Below, in pieces: positions 1-11,122 of a stretch of 64,000 nt of DNA. Made by a program: the position numbers and the translations under genes. This DNA is from Trichosphaerium sp. ATCC 40318. Lineage: Eukaryota; Protista; Tubulinea. Below the pieces are notes generated by a model. That model was not told the DNA's origin. It ran no database searches and worked only from the letters and a program-made list of their open reading frames with translations. The DNA lies in NCBI GenBank assembly GCA_038496445.1, contig JALMLS010000527.1, positions 11,147 to 75,146 on the forward strand. Reading direction: 5' to 3'. Position 1 is the stretch's first letter; every line of letters begins with the position of its first letter.

Positions 1-224
1 ACTTTGTAACAAATACCGAAAAAACCCACTAAAATTGGAATCAGTCAGCTGACTTTGCTGGCTTGTTCACAAATTCCATGATCGCATCAAAGTATATCCT
101 GCACTTGTAGGCATGATTAAAACGTATATGGCGTTTCTCAAAAAAAAATAAAACAAGGACACTGAGTCACTTGACCAGGAAAAATTTGTTACGCGTAACT
201 TTTTTTTTTGTTACGCGTAATGAG

Positions 225-350
225 TTAAAGGTGTTCATACAATAAGTATTAACGATTGTCGACATGTGACGGATGAAAGTCTTGGAAGATGCTCACACAA
301 TTTATCACAATTCAGTGATAGATGAAGATATAAAATTGCTTGTGGAATGA
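225..350 (+). pseudogene. Decayed fragment of the 21-aa LRR family
   Basis: Reads KGVHTISINDCRHVTDESL, then in a shifted frame AHTIYHNSVIDEDIKLL*. Both match the GVHTIxLxxxxVTDEGIK repeat of the intact LRR genes in this window. Confidence 0.7.
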
Positions 351-1111
351 TCTTCGCAGTCGCTTTGGGTAATTGTAAAAGACCACTTCTTGTGCTATAT
401 CTTAAGCGCGCACTACTGCGCATTTGATAAAAATATAAAACGCAGGTGAGTTTCAAATAGACAGATAACATATGTTATCCAAGTTTTTCGTTGTAAAAAA
501 CCCCCCTAAAATAGGTAATGAGCTGCAATTCAGCGCCTAATAATATAGTTGAGATAATTTTAAGGTATTCGTGTTCGTTGAAGTATTAGGTTGACATGTA
601 ATTTGTTCACGGAGCCACTAGTTATTTCGCTTATCATTTTCTAGTTACTATTAAACGTGGCGCAATGCGTCAAAAGAGATTCATCATAAACGTCACAAAC
701 TTGAAAAAACAGCTTGAATTTGGTGTATCAAAAATCGTATTACGTGCTACTGAAGCGCAGGAATTGTTCAATTGTTCACTAAACGCTGACCTGACCGGGT
801 AATTATAATTTGCCCGTATCATGCGATTTATCTTCTACAACGCTACGTGGTATTTACAAGATTCGTATTGAGTGCTACATATACACAAGTTTTGTTCGAA
901 TTCGCATTAATCCATGCGTTGTCAGGACGGTTATTTTTAATTTGCCCGAAAAATGTGATTTATTCTCACATTCTACTATACGTTGACATGTTACCTGTAG
1001 TGCACTAATATGTTTTGGCAATAGACGCACACTTAGTCACAAAAAGCGAACGAATTCGTTTAAGGCAATATTGGCATAGCTACTTCCAAATTTAGTTAAT
1101 CGCAGTTCACC

Positions 1112-2066
1112 ATGCACCTTCTCCTTATTCTTGCTTCAATATGTGTAGTAGCAGCGTCCATTCCTAACCTTCCGGTTGACGGGCATTTTGATGTATTTAA
1201 ACCAGGACCAACACCACCATGGATGCCACCTCTGAACGCCAATATAACGTTTAGACAACTTACTACAGACGATGGTGTAGTTATGACGAAAGAATTAGAG
1301 ACTATACTAGATGACCCTAGATATACCCTACAGATATTTAAAGATGGCCAGGTAACACATAAACATTTAATTTGTGTACTTCTTTCTTTCGAGGCGCGAC
1401 AGGTCTTGCGTTTATCAGCATGCTGTCTCGCAACTAGAGATGGTATGGAAAACGAAATTGTGCTAAAGCAGGCGACATTTTCACTTTGAAATTTTTTTAC
1501 CACGGTACTTGTAGAGCAACAAAAAATAGTAGTCGCTACAGAAATTACGTTATTTTTGTTTACAACAGCACAATGACAAGCCGTCGCAATGGCGATATTA
1601 GCCGTTTCCCATACCATCTCTAACAGAACCCTCTTCAATCAACAAATATTCCAACCTTTTCTAAAGCATTGTAGTTGACGGCATACTATTGGAGTCCATC
1701 TAGATATATCGATTGCATAAAGAAAGTAACAGACACAGAATTAAGATCATGGGAAAATCTTGGCGGCTCTCGCTATACTTCTAAAGGTCCAGTATGCACA
1801 TGGGATTTTGTGGGTACAGAAGGTAAGTACAACCTTAGCCTTAGCAGTGTTCGAAATTTTGACACGTGCTCTTTAGGCAATGTAAAATCCTTGAAGGGTT
1901 TTTGTCGATCAATTGATGGAGGCGATTTTCCAATCACAAGGAACTTCCCTGGACTTCCTTCGGTTTCTGACTTTGAGGTATACTTTTTTCTCTTGGAAAC
2001 AATAACGTTAACTCCTCCTATTAGGTTCCTGAGAAATGTAAAAACACAAAAGTAACAGTGGAATAA
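1112..2066 (+). CDS. Secreted protein, possibly ependymin-related (EPDR/LolA fold); multi-exon, possibly disrupted
   Basis: Signal peptide MHLLLILASICVVAAS and GT-AG introns. The spliced C-terminus PSVSDFEVPEKC resembles the ependymin F-x-x-P-x-x-C tail. The middle exon has an in-frame TGA at 1574 in my best model. Confidence 0.45.
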
Positions 2067-2538
2067 ATAAGGTTAAAATGTAATTGTAGTTCTTGTTGAG
2101 TTAAAAGAGATCTTTACCCTTCACTGTTGTTCACGTGATATAACTAATACAATAGGTACAACGTCAGGTTTAAGTGACTTGAATTTACATTCCAAGTTGG
2201 CGTTGTTTCAAGGCTTTAGATAGCCGTGTGCTCAAAAATTTTGTGCTTTCTGGTTTTGATTGACATAGCAAAGTTCCAAACGAATACATGTTCGAAAAAA
2301 GCTTGTGCTACTCGAATAAATAAATTCAAATAGTTTGGCCCATTGTGTTTTTGATAAAATTTCGGTACGTTCTTTTAGATCTTCGCTGGATTGACAACAC
2401 AACAGCCAAAATCATGAAAGTCAAAGCAGTTCCCACATTTCCAAATGATTTGATTGAAAACCGTGATAAGTAATAGAATTCTTATTTACAACATCCTCTA
2501 CAATTGCAACAACTCTCTAAATCGTACAATACCTTGTC

Positions 2539-3316
2539 ATGGGAGAGCCTTCACCAAAAAAGGTACCGAATAAACTCTCATTTACAACTTGTGCTTTGTT
2601 CTAATTTCCAAAAATTATAGAGAAACACCTCCAAATATACACTTGTCAAAGATAGTAACCTCTTGTACGCTCTTCCCCTAGAGCTGCAACTGGATATTAT
2701 CGATCTAGATACAGAAGTATATTTAAAGTGGCCTCTGTTATCAAGATTCGCTGCAACAACCACCAGATTCGATGATAACATGCAAAAGCACGGGAAATGG
2801 CTTCGCCATAGATACATTAAGATTGATAATACAGTCGTAAAATCGTACCTCTTGGTTCAAGAGTTATGGAATCACAATGAGCTTAGCGGAACGTATCAAA
2901 CTTGGCATACCAATGGCCAACTCAAGGAGAAATTAAACTTTGTGAATGGCACAGAACAAGGAAAATACAAGGCATGGCATGATAATGGCCAACTAGAATA
3001 TGTGGTGTTTATGCGCAATGGTGAGGAACACGGAGAGTACAAAGAATGGAATGAAAAGGGTGACCCCATTGCAGCGGGACTCTATGTTGACGGTATCAAG
3101 CAGGGAACTTACAAAACCTGGAGCTACTTTTCTGGTACTGTACAAGAGAGCTATTACGAAAAAGATATACTGAAGTGCACATTGCAGAAGAAAGAGAGCG
3201 AAGATCATAAAATTGAGCATATTTATTCGTATGCAAATGATCAGGTTTCTGCCGTAATTTCAAGAGTGGAAAGAGATGGTACTCGTATTGAATTAGGCAA
3301 ACTAGGTCCTGTGTAG
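2539..3316 (+). CDS. F-box-like + MORN-variant (YwqK-like) repeat protein, copy 1
   Basis: Exon 1 MGEPSPKK, intron 2563-2620 (GTACCG..TAG), in frame with ORF 2663-3316. Contains LPLELQLDII and GxYxxWHxNGQL repeats. Confidence 0.85.
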
Positions 3317-3593
3317 GCAGAGCAGTTTCTTGTATCTAGAGATATAACGGCGCATAAAATAAAAACTTTGTTCGGTGAAGTCGGCTGTAGGGAGAAAAGC
3401 TAATACCTAAAGTATGGGTTGTTCTGCTCGTCTGTGTACATTATTATGATCACGTTGAAATGCAGCACAGGTTTCGTGTCACAATAGTAGAGACAATCTC
3501 AAACTTGCGCAAAATCTGTGTCGTGAAAAGCTAGTAAGTTTTATTGTGCTTGTTTCGTGAAAATACTTAATTTAATAAGCATTCGTTGATTAT

Positions 3594-5190
3594 TCAGTAT
3601 TCAAAGAGGTGTGGTATAGATTTATCAAACTGTCCCAATGAATAGTGTACAAATTCATTCTCATACGTAACGATAGAAGCCATGAAATTAAGGTGGCGGT
3701 ACTTTGGATAGCTAGGCCACTTACGTCCAGTCCTTCTTTTATCAACATACTTAAGGGTTTTTAGAGACAGAATAGCTTCGTCAGTGAGATGGTCACAATT
3801 CCTAATACCGAGTGTATGCACACCTATTAACGATCTAATACCTTCATCCGTAACTGATGTACTATTAAGATTAATAGCATGAACTCCTGCTAGTTTTTTA
3901 ATACCAATGTCTGTGACCAATGTGCGAGTGAGGTCGATTGTATGAACACCTGCAAGTGATTTGATTCCTTCATCTGTCACTTGAGTACCTCCAAGGTGAA
4001 TGGCATGAACACCCGCCAGAGTTTTAACACCTTCGTCTGTTACATTGGCACCCTGAAGGAAAATAGTATGAACGCCTTGTAGTGCTTTGATACCTTCATC
4101 TGTAACTGCAGTGCCATTTAGATAGATGGTATGAACTCCTGCAAGTTCCTTTACGCCTTCATCTGTCACCTTTGTATTATTAAGGAAGATAGTATGAACA
4201 CCTTTTAATGGTTTAATACCATCATCTGTAACCACAGTTTCATTAAGATATATTGTGTGTACTCCTGCAAGTGACTTAATACCTTTATCTGTCACTGCTG
4301 TGTAAGAAAGGTTAATGGAATGAACACCTTTTAATGACTTGATGCCTTCATCTGTCACGTTTTTGCAGTTTAAAAGATCAATGGTATGAACTCCTGCAAG
4401 TGCTTTGAGTCCTTCATCTGCAACTTTGGTGAGAGTAAGGTCAATTGTATGAACTCCTTTCAATGCCTTTATGCCTTCATCTGTAACATTGTTGCAACGA
4501 AAAAGAGAAATAAAATGCACTCCTTCAAGATATTTCAGATCACAGTCGTTGATAGCTCCCCAACCTCTGTATGTCAACTTACGGTTTCTTCTGAATGAAG
4601 TATCAATGTGTTTACATCCAGACAATAATGAATATAATGTATTGTTTTCAACATTCATCACAATGGCACTATTGTTCATGATACCTTTGTACTGTCTGAT
4701 CTTTAATATGTCTGGAATATCGTAAATATAGACTCTTTCATATCCAACAACCTGATGGATGATATCAGCCATCACACGACATGACTGAGCTACAGCAAAT
4801 CTTGATTTTGCTTCTGTATGACTTAAAATCGTAGAAATAATTTCTGGGAAATTGATGATATTCACAACCTTCTTCTGTGACCTCATTCCGCTATTGTTTG
4901 TTTTTAACAAGAAAACTTGAATTTAGAACGTACAGTCTTGTTTGTTTGTGTTTTGGTAGTGATACATCATGTCCTGTGCGCTGTTTGGTTCTTTTAACAT
5001 CAGGATCTATGTTTTTGAAGAGGTAATCGTCTAGTTGTTGCGCAAGCCTTGCATTTGCAGCGTTTAAGATAATTTCAAGTTGATTTGTGAATAGTTGTCG
5101 TTGGTTTGCAATGATTGTGCCAAACTCTTCTGCATAATTATTACAATAGTACGTGATAGCTTGATCTACTGAAACGCCTGAGAAATTCAT
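3594..5190 (-). CDS. N-terminal helical domain + F-box + 12 LRR (21-22 aa) protein, copy A
   Basis: ORFs 4891-5190 and 3594-4910 are joined in frame by a 43-nt GTACGT..TAG intron (4891-4933). F-box-like FPEIISTILSH..AVAQSCR and LAGVHTIDLxxTxVTDEGIKA repeats. Confidence 0.88.
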
Positions 5191-5444
5191 CTGTTGCTTT
5201 CCGTAGTAAAAAGGTACAATTCACACAAAGGCATACTTAAGCATACATTTATGACTTAACCAAGACTTCAAGCAAGAGTCAATAGCAGCCCTATACCTTA
5301 CAGTAACGATGGAAATGCCATTTTATTTAGAACCTGTACGATCATGTTAGTGATAGGTAACAAGGCAATAACCTTTGTAATTCGTAATTTGTTTCACCTG
5401 TGCAATCTTTTTATTTTATTTACAATGTCTATTGCATTAGTTTT

Positions 5445-8400
5445 CTACCGTCTTGATTGACGAGAACCAGGTTTATTGGGTGGTTGCGGCCTAAACGGAG
5501 ACTGATGCACATTATGATGTCTTTGATTCATTAATGGATTTGGAATAAAATGTCCATTTGGAGCCGTATTCGGAGACCTGTGTGGCGGCATGTTTGGCAT
5601 GTTTGGAGGCATGTGTGGCGACCTATGAGGCGCCATGTGTGGCTGCATATGTGGTGGCATATGTGGTGGCATTTGTGGTGGCATGTGCGGTGGCATTTGT
5701 GGCATTGGCATAGCTGAGTATGGAATATGTCCGTGCTGGGGTGGTGTCATCATAGGTGGTCTTTGTTGGTGTAAGGGCATAGGATGATGCATTGGAGGAG
5801 GCATGCCACGACCTGGTGGACCAGGTCTGAAAGGAGAAGCTCCATGATTTGTATTTCGGTAATTACGTATTGGAGTTACTTGAGGTGAATTAAGATTTGG
5901 AAGCCTAGGTACTTGAAAATTATTTAAAAGTGGGTTCCTTATTACAGGTGAACTTCCCAAGCTATTATGCCTTCGCACAACCGATGATGGACTCTGGTAT
6001 CTACCCAATGGCGACTCACTATAAAATCGTCCCCAATGATTAGGTGTACGTCTACTGAGTGGTGTACTGTAGCCAGATCTTTGTAGGTAAGGAGAAGGCG
6101 TTTGTTTGTCTGCATATTTTTGGGTGTAAAATTTGTGTGCAGTGACTGGTGTGCTTGGTACTGAAGGTGCTGGAGATTCTGGTCCTTTGTACTTGAAGCT
6201 ATAGTCAGTCTCAACTTTGAATCCATGTTTTTCAATAAATGCTATCCAATTACTCCAATGTTCATCTGAAGAAAGAGTCTTACTGTCACCTGGAAGTATC
6301 AAATTTAGTTCTCCTGCTAAACAAAATATTCAATGTTGTGCGTACCAACAACAATTAGACCACGTTTAGCACGTGTCAAAGATACATTCAAACGTCTCCA
6401 ATCTTTAAGAAATCCAACAGTTTTCTACATTAATTCAGGGTTAGTTACAGGCAGGACAAGGTTGGTTATATAAAGGTGGCAATACCTTTTCGTTTGCTCT
6501 AACAGTTGATATAACAATAATATCTTTTTCTTGTCCTTGAAAGGAATCTACAGTTGCTATATTCACTACAAAGACATAATGAGTTGCAACTCGAAGTGGG
6601 TGTAAAACAGAAATGTTCAAAGAGGTCCTAACGATGTACGTACATCCTCCTGCAAGTTGTGTTTTACCATGTTCACCTTCATCGTCTCTATCATTAACCC
6701 TTTTCTCTAAAAAGTATTTATCTGCTTTGAACCTACTCCGTAAAAGCTTTGCTTGTCCTCTATAAGGTGTAATAACACCTTAAGTATCTAGTAAGTAAAA
6801 CGTTGTACATCAATCTATAAGTGTGAAAACGTTGATCGTTCTAAACGTACCAATATCAGAACGTGCAACTTCATTATTTTTCAGCAGCTCCCTTACTATT
6901 TGCACTACACGATTTGCTTCTTCTTTATTTGTAATGGACTTTCCACGACCCAAAGATAGCTCAACTGTTTCTGCCTAAAAAAAGTAAATTTTTTGGATTT
7001 GTTAGTCTCGACGACGCACCAAGTCAATGAATACAATAGGTTTTCCGCGAGGAAATCCAAGAGGTACAGGGCGTTCAGCTTTGCTAATTTTTAATTTAGT
7101 AAAGAGTAAATGCAGTCAATCATAAGGAAAACATGAAAGAAGTTTAACGTTTTTTTAAGTGTCCACGCACGTGACGCCATCTGTAATATTTCCTTCATAA
7201 AACTCCTTTGATGGAAACGCAGCTATACTAGGGTGCATCCTATTTACCACAACATAAGTTCATAACCAAATACCCAATAATAAACATACCTGTACTGAAC
7301 ATTCATCATGATTGGCTTAACACCATCTTCAACTAACCTGCCAAAAAGCGATTTGGCTAATCCTCCATCCTGAGCCTTACGACTTCTCACTGTGGGTGGT
7401 AACTATTAAAAATTTAGTCATTGTCATTGCACTTTAGGACAGTGGATAGTACTTGATGGTGATCACCAAACATGACAAGCTTTTGTGCTTCATGAGATAA
7501 AGGAACAAGTGCAGCCGGTTCAATACATTGCGCTGCTTCATCCATTACCACCACTGGAAAGTACATTGATTCTAGAACGTGACTACCAGCTCCAATAGCT
7601 GTAGAGCAAATAACTTCAGCCTCCCTTAAGATATCTCTTGTGATTGCCTTTGAAGTCGTATTGATTTCAGCTTTTCTCTTTCTCTTTTGATCTAGAATGT
7701 TTCGTTAATTTCTTTGAAAAACACGAGCTAGTACGTGCCATAAGTAAATACAGATTGTGACTGATCATAAGTATCACGAAGCTTCATTAATTTTTTATAT
7801 CTAGGATCTTCTTTTACCAAGGCATCGAGCGTTACGCCTTGTACCTCAGGACTTGCCTTGATAATAATTAAGTAATCTGTGAATTTGAGGCTAAAAGTGT
7901 ACCTTTACAGCGCTACCTACACGGACTGCCTTAACGCCCATGGTCAATAAACCTTCAAGTATATTGTCTGTTGCAACATTGGTAAATGCACAAACAAGTA
8001 TAGGTACATTTGCTTCTTTGTACTTATCGACTAGAAGCCTCAGTATTACTGTAGCCACATGCTTACAATAATGTGAGTAAGAAAGTAATCGTACTATCTC
8101 TCGGTACCGTTTTACCAGTTCCAGGAGGACCTTGCACAAGTACAACAGCGTTGTTGAATACTGTAAGATGATTAGACTAGAATTAGAGGAATGTAACTAT
8201 TATCACCTTTCTCTATAACTTCGTGTTGGCTCTTATTAAGTCGGAACATTGATAAGTCTTCTTCTCTGCGTTACTGTTAATGGTTGAACCGAATATGTTG
8301 ACACGTACGATAACTTATGTAGAGACTTCAACTTAGATGGCTTGGTGGCTGTACTACGTTTTAATTTTGTGTTTATTATCAAGTTAGCGATTGGGTTAAC

Positions 8401-9417
8401 CTTGGCTTGTAATAGAAGTAAGAAGAACATAAAAAAAATTTGTAGTGTACAAATGTCTGGATGAAATTCTTTCGGTATATGTTCAAGATTCATTAAATCT
8501 GATACCCTATCAACCTTGCTTGATGTTGTATGCAATGCATCGATAATACGCTTATGTGCTAGCAGATAACATAAGCAAAAGAAGTGTTGATTCTGATAAA
8601 AAAGAAAAACTTACAAACTGTGCTTCCTCCTTTGTCCATTCGCCATTTATCTTTACTAACATCTAGAACCTCAATATCTTGAACCTCTACCTCTATCTTA
8701 TCATTTGTTCTTCCAACAATAAGGCCTTCAAATTCAGCATTATCATATTTTCGTGAAACTTGCACCTGAACAAAGTTAATGGTTTTTAGGAACTTGAAAC
8801 TTTACAACGTACCATGTCTCCCACAGAGAAGGAATTGTATGGTAATTCCAATCCGGTACTATTGGTAAACTGTATAGATGAATTTCCATAAATATCACCA
8901 CTAGATCGTGCTATACTGTAGTGAGTAATCGAATAAAGTGGACTTCCTATAACCTTTAAGATCAAATAACGCCAACCCATCATTCTTTAATTGTGCCATC
9001 GACATTGCACGTGTTGCTTGCAACTCCTTAAGTTCTTCTTGCAACTCAAGTGTTAAGAGTTTTGTAAACTTTGTTTTATATGACTTGAGGTACAACGTGA
9101 GAAAAAAGTCCAACAATGAAAAACAAACATAAACGCAAAAAAAGTTGAGAATTTTGACAAGTCACTGCACATGTGTCACTATCAAAAATAGCTCTATTGC
9201 GTACCTTGCTTCTATTAACGGTTCTTGAGGATACAACCATGGGTAACCCGGCTGATTTTTTTTGCGTAGGTTTTGTGTTCCTGGTACTTAACAGATTCAT
9301 CATACGCTCTGCTTTCTTGGCGCGTTTTGAAGCAGTGACAGCGCGGTTGTTTTTTTGATACTGCTTTCGTTTCCTGCTGTTGTTGTTATTGTTCTTACGC
9401 CTTGTGGTACTATACAT
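5445..9417 (-). CDS. Superfamily 1 UPF1/SMUBP2-like helicase with Pro/Met/His-rich C-terminal tail
   Basis: Spliced motifs VQGPPGTGKT, AFTNVATDN, VVMDEAAQ, GDHHQLPP, QYRMHP, ATVDSFQGQEKD and RLNVSLTRAK. Confidence 0.93.
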
Positions 9418-9606
9418 GTCAACAATGATGGCGATAGAGAACGTACGGCTTCATTTTGTACAGTTTCGTGTTAAATACAACGCGCCAAAACAGTTACTAT
9501 TATTTACGCTAGAGTTAGCTTATTTACTATCTAATATTTGAATTCTGCAACGCTATTGCGCTCTTAAGGCATAATACTGCTTACTTATCCATTAACGGAC
9601 GTCAAA

Positions 9607-10828
9607 ATGGCGGCAGCCGTAAATGCGGCCGTTAGAGCCGCTGCTAGCATGAATACAATAATGATAAAAGGAAAACGTTACTATCAATCACTTGACGGCC
9701 CTAGCGAGCCTTTGCCGTCTGTTACAACAGTGTTGTCAACGATAAATAAGTACGAACATTGTTTAGTGACTTTAATAAGTGTTGTGAAGAGGCCCAGGAT
9801 TATTGCGGTGGAATAAAGGACTGGTTGCAACTGGTTTCAGAAAAGAACTCATTAAACACACAGAGTTCAACACCGAGCCACTCGATTACAATGACGACGA
9901 AGGTGCGGCTTCCACACTGTATTTTACGCTCGAAAACGGCGCTTTAAACAAAAATTATTACAAATGTCACCAACCAAACTTAAACTCACGCAATTGCATC
10001 TCTACGCGTATTTATTAACACCAATTAGTTATGCAACCGATAATCAGGTACATACTTTTTATTTATAACGTAAATGTGTTGCAAGCACTTACTTGACAAA
10101 AGAGCCGCATGTAATCACCCTTCAGAAACATTAGAGGCGTTTTCAGATTTTGGAACAAAGTCACATGACATTTTTGAAGGTAAGCGTTTGTTTCTTGTAA
10201 GATATGCCTAATTTGCTTTGAAGCAATTTTAAAGGGAGAAGAGATTGGAGAACTTGAACCTATGTTAATGCCTGTACGATTAATGACTCTGAAAGTTAAA
10301 AAACTAATTAAGAAATCAAAGGTTTACAACGGATTTAAATCTTGGGCAGCAAAATATAAAATTGGGCCACAGATCATCAGTACAGAGAAACGACTAGTCT
10401 CATTGCGTTATAAATATGCTGGTGCAGTAGATGCAATCGGTAAATTATCAAATGGTGACTTGATAGTGTTTGGTAAACTCAATCTTTTTTTTTCTTTTTT
10501 GTTTTTTTGACAAATGAACCTTAGATTGGAAGACATCCAATAGCATTCATTTAGAACATGCTCTTCAAGTTTCTGCATATGCAAAGGCTTATGAAGAAAT
10601 GACAGGCGAAAAAATATCAGCTGGTTACATAGTGCGATTTGATCGTGCTACGCCTACATATGAAATGAAGAAAATCAATGATCTGGAAGCAGCCTTCAAA
10701 ACCTTTAGGGTACTTTGACGAACTTCTCTTTTGCTTGTTATTATACTAATGGATATCTAAAGGCGGCTCGTATGATTTTTGAGGTGTCTCGTAACCCAGA
10801 GCGAGTAATTGATCTCGAACAAAAATAA
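9607..10828 (+). CDS. PD-(D/E)XK exonuclease, MGME1/Cas4-like
   Basis: Spliced motifs LPSVTTVL, GTKSHDIFE, EKRLVS..YAGAVDAI, DWKTS and LQVSAYAKAY, with about 6 short introns. Confidence 0.85.
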
Positions 10829-11122
10829 ACAGAAAAAAAAAACCACAATGTAGACGTAAATAAATGATCAGCAAACTACAAACACGGCATAAATGCTTTT
10901 TTAAGGAACCTTTACCTTTACGGCACAATCCCCCGAAGTGCAGTTAGTTAAAAATATCAAACGCGTTTTTATTGAATGAAGTATGAATATGATGTCGTAC
11001 TAAGTCAAAAAACAATACTATGCCATCAACAGTGTCTGAGCACTCGTAAATTCTCGAAGGTACTGGTACAACAGAAATTGCAACGGATTTAATATACAAA
11101 TATAGCTACGCAACTAATTACT

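Noticed and set aside
44-140. Short minus-strand open frame (KRHIRFNHAYKCRIYFDAIMEFVNKPAKSAD*)
   Set aside because: No upstream exon or start could be linked, and it is too short to support.
1574-1576. Stop-codon reassignment suggested by scattered in-frame stops (1574, 11046, 42549, 50725)
   Set aside because: Conserved genes end in TAA, TAG and TGA and contain no internal stops. The few cases fall in uncertain models.
1096-1638. 180-aa minus-strand ORF
   Set aside because: Antisense to the signal-peptide gene, whose splice signals are on the plus strand.
3760-4540. LRR 63-bp units as a CRISPR array or DGR target
   Set aside because: The units are in-frame coding repeats with synonymous variation. 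There are no cas genes, reverse transcriptase or adenine-specific template/variable pair in the window.
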